Part shown: in pieces, positions 55,426-63,302 of the stretch
Layout of the letters: every line of letters begins with the position of its first letter
Numbering within the stretch: the stretch's first letter is position 1
Origin: an uncultured Candidatus Bathyarchaeia archaeon
Lineage (GTDB): Archaea; Thermoproteota; Bathyarchaeia; TCS64; B23
Direction of reading: 5' to 3'
DNA: 64,000 bases
Assembly: GCA_964525955.1 (NCBI GenBank)
Contig: CAZGKJ010000001.1
Coordinates: 4,069 to 68,068, forward strand
The notes under the pieces: generated by a model
Databases searched by the model: none
Told to the model about the DNA's origin: nothing
The model's input: only the letters and a program-made list of their open reading frames with translations
Program-made: the position numbers and the translations under genes

Positions 55426-56231
55426 CTCAAAACGTTTATCAGCGCTGGATTCCTGGCGAAGCCGAGTATGAAGCCGATGATCATCAAGGCGATCAATATG
55501 AACTTCATTATGTCCTCACCTCTAAGGCAGCCGAGGATGTCTGGATCCTTGCTGATGGAGGCTCCGGCGGCGTATAGCTCCTCGGCCAGCAGGACGTAGT
55601 CGCAGGTGGCGACGAGGAAGGGCATCTGGTGGGTGTTGGCGGTTCCACCGATCTGGAAGGCTCCGATGGTGTTGCCGCCCTCACCCATTACGACGGACTC
55701 GTAGTAGAAGCCTCCTATCAGGAAGTTTGTTGCAGGCCTCTCCCTCTGGAAGTAGCCGAGGACGGCCGTCAGGTATGGTGACTGACCGGCGATGAAGTGT
55801 ATCATGTCTGGGGAGAACTCCTCAGGCTTCCCCTCAGCCATGTAGGCTGTTCGGAGAGTCTCCTCTGTGAGGGGGAGCGCCGTCGGGATGGGCATGAAGA
55901 CGTCGAGCTTCACACCCGTCCTGGCGCACTCCCTCGCTATGTAGCCGAGGATGCTTATAGCAGCCAGAACCTGTGGACCCTGCGTGGGGTCGTTCAGGTC
56001 TCCGGCGATGCCGGGTGTGAACATCACCGGCCTACCCATCTCAGCGGCCCTGCCGATCCCCTCAGGTATGGCGGCCATGGGTGGAAGCGTTCTGACCGGG
56101 ATCTCCCTTCCCTTCCTGCCGAGATACATGAATATGTAGAAGAGGATGTAGGAGAGCACCAGTATTACGAGGGCCATCCCTCTCCCTGAGACGATGATGG
56201 CCATATCCTCTTCCTCCCTTTTCCCCACCAT
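55419..56231 (-). CDS. Uncharacterized bitopic membrane protein, cassette A subunit 1/4 (paralog of 63303..>64000)
   Basis: N-terminal TM, then a soluble domain ('...GRAAEMGRPVMFTPGIAG...IGGTANTHQMPFLVATCDYVLLAEE...'), then a C-terminal TM. It aligns with the cassette-B protein ('GRAVEMGRPVFDIIGMG...IGGTARLYQIPFFAAVCDYVLIGEE'). Confidence 0.5.
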   Translation of the reverse strand: MVGKREEEDMAIIVSGRGMALVILVLSYILFYIFMYLGRKGREIPVRTLPPMAAIPEGIGRAAEMGRPVMFTPGIAGDLNDPTQGPQVLAAISILGYIARECARTGVKLDVFMPIPTALPLTEETLRTAYMAEGKPEEFSPDMIHFIAGQSPYLTAVLGYFQRERPATNFLIGGFYYESVVMGEGGNTIGAFQIGGTANTHQMPFLVATCDYVLLAEELYAAGASISKDPDILGCLRGEDIMKFILIALMIIGFILGFARNPALINVLRW

Positions 56232-56339
56232 CCAGAGCCTTTAGACCCTGGACAGCTAATAGAGATGAATAATTCATTTTATATAAGTTTTCATGGGTCC
56301 CTCTTCACTTATAAAATCAAGTTAATAATGAGGGGATAG

Positions 56340-57497
56340 TCACTCCTCGATGATCTCAACATTCGCCCTCGGCACCGTAACTATTCTGCCATCCTCAAGT
56401 TCGACCTCTAAGACCCTCACGTAGGATTCGGTCTCCACCTGCTGCAGGTCTATCGGCAGGCTGTGCACTCGGCCTATAGCTCCGAAGTAGGGAGCCCTGA
56501 TGATGCGTACAGGGGTTCCAGGAACCATTCCAGCCGCCAACTCGTCGCCGCTCTTCTCCTCGTAGAACTCGCTGTGGGGTATGATGACCTCAGGCCTCAT
56601 GACGCCGGCCCTGATCTGGGTGGCGCCGTTTGCTGCTGCCTTATAGCCGTCGAAGCTCTTGAAGAGGTTAAAGGCCCTACGGCTCATGCGTAGCCTGCCG
56701 AAGCCCTCGGTGATGATGAGCGTGAGCCCCACCTCCTCATGTCCCGTGATGGCGACTCCGATCTCCTCCCCCATGAACTCCGTTAGGTCTCTATGCCTAA
56801 TGCCTCCGGCGACGATGCAGGAGACTCCAACCTCCACACCCTTCCTCAGGGCGTCGAGGGTGACGAGGGAGCCCCCTACGAGGATCGCCCCCTTGTCATC
56901 ATCCGATATATGGTCTGCGGTGAGCTCCTCATCAGGTGAGTCGACGGCCATCTTTATGACTCCATGGGTCTCGCCGCCGATGCCGAAGATTCCCTGCACG
57001 AAGGCTGCGTTCGTCTCTATGACCGCACCCTCATTTGGGAGCACCTCGACGACCTTTCCAGGTATATAGGCATCGACCTCCAGGGGGACTGGAGGCTTCC
57101 TTATGACCACCTGACCCGTGATGTCGGAGATGGACTCTATGACTCCGTCGACTGGTGAGACGACGTCTCGCTTTATGAGGCCGAAGAAGGCTCTGTAGTG
57201 GGCGATTATATCCCCCTCCTTCACCTCATCCCCCACCTTCTTCATCATGTATCTCGGCACATCCTCGGGTTCGATGCCGAGTAGTAGTGCGACCTTGACG
57301 ATCTCGGGTTCACCGGCCAGCTCCGTTCTCGCTACGATTGTTTTGAAGTCTACCTCATCCCCCTCCTCGACGAGGACCTTTCCAGGTATTGGAAGCCTCC
57401 TCATCTTCCTGACGAGCATCGCCCTCTTAACCTTCAGACCTGGGGTGTAGGCGTATGCCTCCCTTGAAACCCTCCTCTTCCCCTTGGCCTTAGGCAT
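56340..57497 (-). CDS. Uncharacterized 385-aa soluble protein with repeated beta-rich (barrel-sandwich/biotinyl-lipoyl-like) segments
   Basis: Patterns such as 'KVGDEVKEGDIIA' and 'VDGVIESISDITGQVV' are repeated. No catalytic motif was recognised. Its start abuts the ASKHA ATPase gene's stop (1-nt gap). Confidence 0.35.
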   Translation of the reverse strand: MPKAKGKRRVSREAYAYTPGLKVKRAMLVRKMRRLPIPGKVLVEEGDEVDFKTIVARTELAGEPEIVKVALLLGIEPEDVPRYMMKKVGDEVKEGDIIAHYRAFFGLIKRDVVSPVDGVIESISDITGQVVIRKPPVPLEVDAYIPGKVVEVLPNEGAVIETNAAFVQGIFGIGGETHGVIKMAVDSPDEELTADHISDDDKGAILVGGSLVTLDALRKGVEVGVSCIVAGGIRHRDLTEFMGEEIGVAITGHEEVGLTLIITEGFGRLRMSRRAFNLFKSFDGYKAAANGATQIRAGVMRPEVIIPHSEFYEEKSGDELAAGMVPGTPVRIIRAPYFGAIGRVHSLPIDLQQVETESYVRVLEVELEDGRIVTVPRANVEIIEE

Positions 57498-57498
57498 C

Positions 57499-59334
57499 TC
57501 ACACCAACTCCCTCAGCTTATCCTCCGGGTACATATCGATGTCGAGGAACCATTTAAGCAGAGTCTCCCTCCGCTCTTTATCGTTCTCCGGAAGCTGTAG
57601 GGGTCTACCCCTTGCGTCGAGGAGTATGCCTACGACGCCTCCCATGGCTGTTCCCTCCACCCTCTTTCCAGGCCCCCTCCCAACGTCGAAGCCCCTCCTC
57701 GGCGATATGGTCACCTTCGCCTCCTCCCTCTCCGGCAGCTCTATACGCTTAATCTCTCCGAAGTGCATCTCCTCCGTCAGGGTCTCCCCATTCGGCATCT
57801 CGATCTCAACCGTCATGACTGGGTCACCCTTATTCGCAACGCCTCTCGGCGCGATGACTGTTCCAAGTCTGACGAGGCAGTCCTTGTCGAAGATCTGCCA
57901 GGCCGCCTCCCAGTATACGGTTGATAGGACTCCGAGGTGGGGCATCATGAAGACGCTGTCCTGGAACATCCATGTTATGCCCTCAGGTTGGAAGGCGTCT
58001 GTGAGGATGAGCATCGACTGGACTCTGCGTGGGGCGTGGCTCAGCAGTCCTCCGGTTCCGGCGATTATGTCGATCTTCATGAGGTCTATGTAGGTCTCGG
58101 CCAGCGCCTGCTCGAACATGTCGCTTATCGTCCTCTCTATCTTTGCGCCCTTCAGCCTCGTCGCTATGGTCTTGTGATGCTCCAATCCGAGTCTCAGGGC
58201 TTCACGGGCGACGGAGTGCTCGACGATGAGGTCGTCGAGGGTCTGTGGGATGGTTGTCGGCCTAATCATCTTATTCATCAGTCTGCTCGCCACCTCCTCC
58301 TCATCCATTTCGAAGGGGAGCCATCGCATTATGTTCTCGATGCCAGCCGTCTTCATCACGTTGCAGATGCTGTAGCTCATACCCAGGTTGGCGCTTACGC
58401 TCCTGACGAACTTGCCCTCGAAGACGGAGTAGACATTCGTCGTAGCCCCTCCGAGGCCGACGCCGAGGACGTTCTTCTCGAAGACCTTGGCGATGAGCTG
58501 CATCGCCATCCCCTCACCGGCTGGCGTAGGCATTATGTCGATGTCAGTCCACTTCATCAGCTTCAGATAGCCAGGTGCATGGCTCATCACGTGCTCCATG
58601 AAGAGCTCATGGATCGCCCTACGGGCGGGCTCAGTGTTCTCCACCTCTAGGACTGGTCTGATGTTGTCGACGATGGTGAGCGCGAATACTTCGCCGAGCA
58701 GCTTCTTTATCTGAGGCCTCAGATCCCTGTTTCCGGCGTAGACTATTGGGAGCTTATAGCCGAGGCCGAGCCTGGGCTTAGGCTCAGCCGCCTTTAGCAT
58801 CTCGGCGATCTCCATCACGTGGGTTGTGGCTCCCCCATCGGTTCCTCCGGCGAGTAGGATCATGTCGGGTCTGAGGCTTCTAATCCTCTGAATCTTCTTG
58901 TAGACCGGTCTCCCATCGTCTTGGGCGATGACGTCCATAACTATGGCTCCTGCTCCGAGGGCAGCCCTGTTGGCGCTCTCAGCCGTCATGGTCTTTATGA
59001 GGCCTGCCACCATCATCTGTAGGCCTCCACCAGCGCTGCTGGTTGTGCAGTATAGGTCGACGCCTCTCTCACCGTCGAAGGGGACGACTATGCCGCTTCC
59101 ATCCTCAGCCAGTATCTTATGTCCCGTGAGCTCCTCCACCTCCCTGACGGCGTTCCTGACGCCGAGGGTGACATCCTCATAGGGGGCCTCAACCGTCGTG
59201 GGTGCTTCACCTGCTATGACGAATCTCCATCCCTCCGGCTTGCGCTCGAAGAATCTCGCCTTAGTTGTGGTGCTGCCTACATCTGTGGCGAGGATATACT
59301 TCATCTCCTCCTTCGGCTTCCTAAGCCTCGCCAT
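57499..59334 (-). CDS. MutL/EutA-like ASKHA-superfamily ATPase (611 aa)
   Basis: The N-terminal 'ILATDVGSTTTKARF' matches the glutamate-mutase MutL / EutA-reactivase / BadF-BcrA-type phosphate-1 motif. The length is consistent with a duplicated actin-like fold. Confidence 0.55.
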   Translation of the reverse strand: MARLRKPKEEMKYILATDVGSTTTKARFFERKPEGWRFVIAGEAPTTVEAPYEDVTLGVRNAVREVEELTGHKILAEDGSGIVVPFDGERGVDLYCTTSSAGGGLQMMVAGLIKTMTAESANRAALGAGAIVMDVIAQDDGRPVYKKIQRIRSLRPDMILLAGGTDGGATTHVMEIAEMLKAAEPKPRLGLGYKLPIVYAGNRDLRPQIKKLLGEVFALTIVDNIRPVLEVENTEPARRAIHELFMEHVMSHAPGYLKLMKWTDIDIMPTPAGEGMAMQLIAKVFEKNVLGVGLGGATTNVYSVFEGKFVRSVSANLGMSYSICNVMKTAGIENIMRWLPFEMDEEEVASRLMNKMIRPTTIPQTLDDLIVEHSVAREALRLGLEHHKTIATRLKGAKIERTISDMFEQALAETYIDLMKIDIIAGTGGLLSHAPRRVQSMLILTDAFQPEGITWMFQDSVFMMPHLGVLSTVYWEAAWQIFDKDCLVRLGTVIAPRGVANKGDPVMTVEIEMPNGETLTEEMHFGEIKRIELPEREEAKVTISPRRGFDVGRGPGKRVEGTAMGGVVGILLDARGRPLQLPENDKERRETLLKWFLDIDMYPEDKLRELV

Positions 59335-59394
59335 GGCACTCCTATATTAACCGAAGGGTCTTCCTTAAATCTTTAGTGAGAGGATCATCCTGTA

Positions 59395-60735
59395 ATGGGC
59401 GTAGAGGAGCTCTGGAGATTTAAGGCTCCGAGGATAGTTGTGGAGCCTCCAGGCCCCAGGGTGAGGGAGATACTCAAGGCCGTCGGTCTCCCACCCTCAG
59501 CCTATAGGCATCCCCTCGTCGAGGAGGCTGGAGGCGTCTGGATCAGGGATCCGGATGGAAATGTCTTCCTCGACTTCATCTCAAGCCGATGCGTCGTCAA
59601 CGTCGGCCATAGGCATCCGAGGGTGCTGGAGGCCATCGGACGTCAGATGGAGGCGGCAACCCATGGCTGGGTGGAGGCGAGGCATAGGCTGGATAGGGAG
59701 CTGGCGAGGATCACCCCAGGCAGCTTTGAGAAGAGAGTCTACTACGCCCTAACTGGCTCCGCCGCTAATGACTGCGCCCTCAAGCTTGCGAGGTGGGCGA
59801 CGGGTCGGCCCTACATCATCGCCTTCGCAGGAGCCTTCCACGGCATGACCTATGGAGCCCTCAGCCTAAGCTCCTATAAGACCTGGATGATCAGGGGCTT
59901 CGGCCCAAATCTCCCAGGCGTCTATCACATGCCCTATCCCAACTGCTATAGATGCCCCTTTGGCCTTCAATATCCAGACTGCGATCTAAGATGCCTCCAC
60001 TACATAGAGGACTACGCCTTCAAGAGCTATCTCCCACCAGATGAGGTGGCAGCAGTCTTCATAGAGCCGATAGCTGGAGACGCCGGCTGGATCGTCCCAC
60101 CGGAGGGCTATCTACAGGGCCTGAAGGAGCTCTGTGAGAGGTATGGAATCCTCCTCGTCGATGAGGAGGTTCAGACTGGCTTCGGCAGGACTGGACGATG
60201 GTTCGCCTGCGAGCATTGGAGTGTGGAGCCCGACATCATCATCCTGGGTAAAGCCCTTGGAGGTGGTGTTCCCCTAAGCGCCGTCGTCGCCAGGGCGGAG
60301 CTCCATATCCATGGCGGAGAGCATTTCAGGCATGGCCACACCTTCGATGCCTTCCCCCTCGGCTGTGCGGCCGCCCTGGCCAACATCGAGGTGATAGAGG
60401 AGGAGGGCCTCATCGAGAGGGCTGAGAGGCTTGGAGCCTATCTCATGGATAGGCTTAGGGAGATGATGGGGAGGCATAGCATCGTCGGCGATGTGAGGGG
60501 TAGGGGACTCCTCATCGGCGTTGAGATCGTCGGCGATAAGGCCTCCAAGAGGCCTGATGCCGAGGCCGCTGACCGGATATGCGTCGAGGCCTTCAAGAGG
60601 GGTCTATACATCATAAGGATGGGCTCCTTTGGAACAGGCGTTCTCAGGGTGGCTCCGCCGCTGGTCATAACGAGGGAGCAGCTCGATGAGGCCCTCAGAA
60701 TCCTCGACGAGTCTATAGGGGCGGTGGAGGCTTAG
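59395..60735 (+). CDS. Class III PLP-dependent aminotransferase (GABA/acetylornithine aminotransferase family)
   Basis: '...YALTGSAANDCALKLAR...' and 'LLVDEEVQTGFGRTGRWFA', with '...IIILGKALGGG' as the PLP-lysine region. Confidence 0.8.
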   Translation: MGVEELWRFKAPRIVVEPPGPRVREILKAVGLPPSAYRHPLVEEAGGVWIRDPDGNVFLDFISSRCVVNVGHRHPRVLEAIGRQMEAATHGWVEARHRLDRELARITPGSFEKRVYYALTGSAANDCALKLARWATGRPYIIAFAGAFHGMTYGALSLSSYKTWMIRGFGPNLPGVYHMPYPNCYRCPFGLQYPDCDLRCLHYIEDYAFKSYLPPDEVAAVFIEPIAGDAGWIVPPEGYLQGLKELCERYGILLVDEEVQTGFGRTGRWFACEHWSVEPDIIILGKALGGGVPLSAVVARAELHIHGGEHFRHGHTFDAFPLGCAAALANIEVIEEEGLIERAERLGAYLMDRLREMMGRHSIVGDVRGRGLLIGVEIVGDKASKRPDAEAADRICVEAFKRGLYIIRMGSFGTGVLRVAPPLVITREQLDEALRILDESIGAVEA

Positions 60736-61112
60736 AGGAAGGGGATTAGACGCCTCCAACCCTTCTTTTTCCCAGCTTCTCCAGATTGGGTGGTCTCCTC
60801 AGTCTCCGCCGCCTCAACCTCCTCCGCCGACATCTCCTCGAGGATCGTTATTAGACGCTCTATGTTCTCCCTCTTCTCGAATATCCTGAAGAACTTCTCC
60901 CCGCTTATGCTGATCTCCTCTCCGAGGGCTGGTAGGAATGGTGAGATGAAGAACTTTCCGAGCTCCCCTCCAATATATACGAGGGGTTTGAAGCTCTCGA
61001 GGAACAGTATGGCTGCAGCGTCCATCCCATATTTATGGATGACGCTCGCCACCTTTCTGATAACCCTCTCCTCCTCCTCGGGGGTGATCTCGAGTCGATC
61101 CCACCAGAACAA
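60732..61112 (-). CDS. Hypothetical protein (126 aa, acidic C-terminal tail)
   Basis: ORF only. It has its own TATA-like element (TTATAAAG, read on the minus strand) ~61125-61135. Confidence 0.3.
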   Translation of the reverse strand: MFWWDRLEITPEEEERVIRKVASVIHKYGMDAAAILFLESFKPLVYIGGELGKFFISPFLPALGEEISISGEKFFRIFEKRENIERLITILEEMSAEEVEAAETEETTQSGEAGKKKGWRRLIPFL

Positions 61113-61189
61113 CTCTTCCAGAATCTCCTCCCCAACGATATGTTATAAAGTTAACCACCTCTGGATTTGAGAAAAAGGTTGGCCCTCAG

Positions 61190-61816
61190 TTAGTGGATGA
61201 TTCCCAGCCAGTCCCTCAGCAGGAATATGATTCTCCCCTGATACATCGAGAACCTCGTCATTATCGTGTTTCCGAAGGCTCCTCCGAAGGCGGCGAGCAT
61301 CATCCATCTCCCTATCTTCGGAATCCAGCCTGCAGCCCCCTTGTGTATCCCCTCGTATGTGAAGATGAAGTGCGTTAGAGCCGTGACTGTTCCAACGAAG
61401 ACTATTATGTTGTTGAGTGTTCCGAGGGGCGTCGTCGCTATTAGGGGCTTGGCCGTAGCTGCGATCTGCTTGATGAAGTCTGCGTGGATGGCTCCCCTAA
61501 TCGATATGCCGACTCCTATCCCGACGAGGAAGGCGATGGGGTAGCGGTATATCCAGTAGTATTTGGGGTGATATCTGGTGTAGATGAGGATGCCGAGGAT
61601 TATCGGAATCCAGTAGCTCGGCTCCCCACCGGCTATATGAGTCCATCCATATAGGATGACGTTCTTAACACCCATCACTATGGCGTGGCCGGCCGCTGCT
61701 CCTATGAAGGTGTACTCGGCGAATCTGAAGAATATGTTGTCCCTGAAGGCGTAGCTTGTCGCCACTATTGTGAAGAAGGCTGCGATCCAGACGCCAACAT
61801 CCGTTGAGACCATCAC
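61190..61816 (-). CDS. Uncharacterized polytopic membrane protein, cassette B subunit 4/4 (paralog of 53280..53930)
   Basis: Shares 'FRFAEYTF', 'PKYYWIYRYPIAFLVGIGVGISIRG' and 'GRWMML...AFGNT' with its cassette-A partner. Confidence 0.5.
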   Translation of the reverse strand: MMVSTDVGVWIAAFFTIVATSYAFRDNIFFRFAEYTFIGAAAGHAIVMGVKNVILYGWTHIAGGEPSYWIPIILGILIYTRYHPKYYWIYRYPIAFLVGIGVGISIRGAIHADFIKQIAATAKPLIATTPLGTLNNIIVFVGTVTALTHFIFTYEGIHKGAAGWIPKIGRWMMLAAFGGAFGNTIMTRFSMYQGRIIFLLRDWLGIIH

Positions 61817-62655
61817 TTCTCACCCTCCCTCTTAGATAATCTGGAGCCCCAGTAGGAGATGTTGCCGATGATGATGAAGATGAGGACGATGGTTTGAGTT
61901 GCGCTCAGGATGTCCGTCGCCCTCATGGCGTCCCCTGGGTGGTGGGTCATATACTCCATGTCCGCAGCCCCCTTGATGCCGTCGAGGATGCCCTTGAGGG
62001 CTCCGGCGTCGTAGTATGGCTTTAGGGATGGGGTCATCATGCTTAGGAATCCGCCGACGACTGGGAGCTTGTATCGGCTGTAGGCCTGGTAGACCCATCC
62101 CTCGGCTATCCCCCCGCTCGTCGTTAAGTAGGCCACCAGGGCGAAGCTCTCCGGGCCGGTTATCTCCTGGAGTAGCGGTATCTGCTCGATGGATGTTCCA
62201 TAGTAGTCCTCCTTCACCGCCGTGTGTATGTCGCCGAGGACGGCTGCCATAGCCGTCTGCTCCCCGGCTATGTATCCGAGGAATACATAGTCCCTCCCAT
62301 ACTCTGCTCCATAGTTCTTCTCAGGCTTCACCTTCTCCATGATCAATGGATACATCATCGATCCCTCCAGCGCCGTCGCCATGATGACGATCTTCAGATG
62401 CTTCTCGAACATCTGGTGGAGGGCTGCGATGGCGCATGGGCCGAGGGTTGGATAGCCCCCTGAGCCGAATCCTATGTCGAAGAGGACTATTGAGCCCTCT
62501 GGTAGGGAGTCGACGGTGTTATACCAGTCCTTAGACATCTTCCCAACCATTATTGGCAGTCCGAAGGGTCTGATCGCTGGAACTATCATCGCTATCAGAA
62601 CGATCGTCAGAACTATCTCCCTTGGGATAGCCGCTAACTTCTCCCACATGGACAT
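61813..62655 (-). CDS. Uncharacterized bitopic membrane protein, cassette B subunit 3/4 (paralog of 53927..54766)
   Basis: Same N-TM / soluble / C-TM architecture as its cassette-A partner, and it aligns along its full length. Confidence 0.5.
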   Translation of the reverse strand: MSMWEKLAAIPREIVLTIVLIAMIVPAIRPFGLPIMVGKMSKDWYNTVDSLPEGSIVLFDIGFGSGGYPTLGPCAIAALHQMFEKHLKIVIMATALEGSMMYPLIMEKVKPEKNYGAEYGRDYVFLGYIAGEQTAMAAVLGDIHTAVKEDYYGTSIEQIPLLQEITGPESFALVAYLTTSGGIAEGWVYQAYSRYKLPVVGGFLSMMTPSLKPYYDAGALKGILDGIKGAADMEYMTHHPGDAMRATDILSATQTIVLIFIIIGNISYWGSRLSKREGEK

Positions 62656-62657
62656 CT

Positions 62658-63293
62658 CTACGCCCTCCCCAAATATCCCCTCTCCAATCCCAGGATGGTT
62701 CTGATGCCTAGAACTACTGCGCCTATGCCGACTCCGATCCTTATGCCCCTATAGGCTCCGCTTATAATCGTCTTGAATATCCACTCCCTGGTGTAGAAGA
62801 ATCCTGGGAGGGCGGCTGGGAACATCGGGGTGTTTCCGAGGACGACGAAGATGGCTGTTAGGAATAGGAATAGGGAGTCGATGTTCCTTATCCTCAAGGC
62901 CTTGTAGGCTCCTATAGCCATGTAGAAGCATAGGGATGAATACATCGTTGCGCCGAGGGGTAGCATTATGGCGTTGTATATCCACTTATACTGCCAGCTT
63001 GCATCGAACTTCCCAGTTGATAGGCCGACTACGACGAATACTATCAGCATGAATAGGAGCCATCCACTTAGGGGCCATAGCTCCCCCCTCTCAGCTATAC
63101 GCTTCCCATGAACTCTGAATAGGTTGACGGCTCCAACTCCCAGGGCGAAGGCGGTGACGACGATCCCCCAATTCTTCAGAACCGTGAATGTCCCCCTTAT
63201 GGCTGGGACGGTTGTGTAGAAGTCGAGCACCGCTATCACGCCAACTATGAAGGTTATTAGAAGGGGGATATACTTCCTAACAACCTCCGACAT
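62658..63293 (-). CDS. Uncharacterized polytopic membrane protein, cassette B subunit 2/4 (paralog of 54763..55425)
   Basis: Hydrophobic profile and shared motifs with its cassette-A partner. Confidence 0.5.
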   Translation of the reverse strand: MSEVVRKYIPLLITFIVGVIAVLDFYTTVPAIRGTFTVLKNWGIVVTAFALGVGAVNLFRVHGKRIAERGELWPLSGWLLFMLIVFVVVGLSTGKFDASWQYKWIYNAIMLPLGATMYSSLCFYMAIGAYKALRIRNIDSLFLFLTAIFVVLGNTPMFPAALPGFFYTREWIFKTIISGAYRGIRIGVGIGAVVLGIRTILGLERGYLGRA

Positions 63294-63302
63294 ATTCCCA
63301 CC

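Noticed and set aside
53927-56231. RnfG/NqrC-like FMN-binding subunits for the bitopic proteins
   Set aside because: The 'IGGTANT/IGGTARL' motif does not match the S-G-A-T-x-T/S FMN-attachment motif. These proteins also carry a C-terminal TM helix that RnfG/NqrC lack.
56340-57497. Biotin carboxyl carrier protein assignment for the 385-aa protein, based on 'YMMKKVGDEVKEGD'
   Set aside because: The canonical biotinylation motif AMKM is not present (MKK instead), and the protein is much larger than BCCP. It is left as an uncharacterised beta-rich protein.
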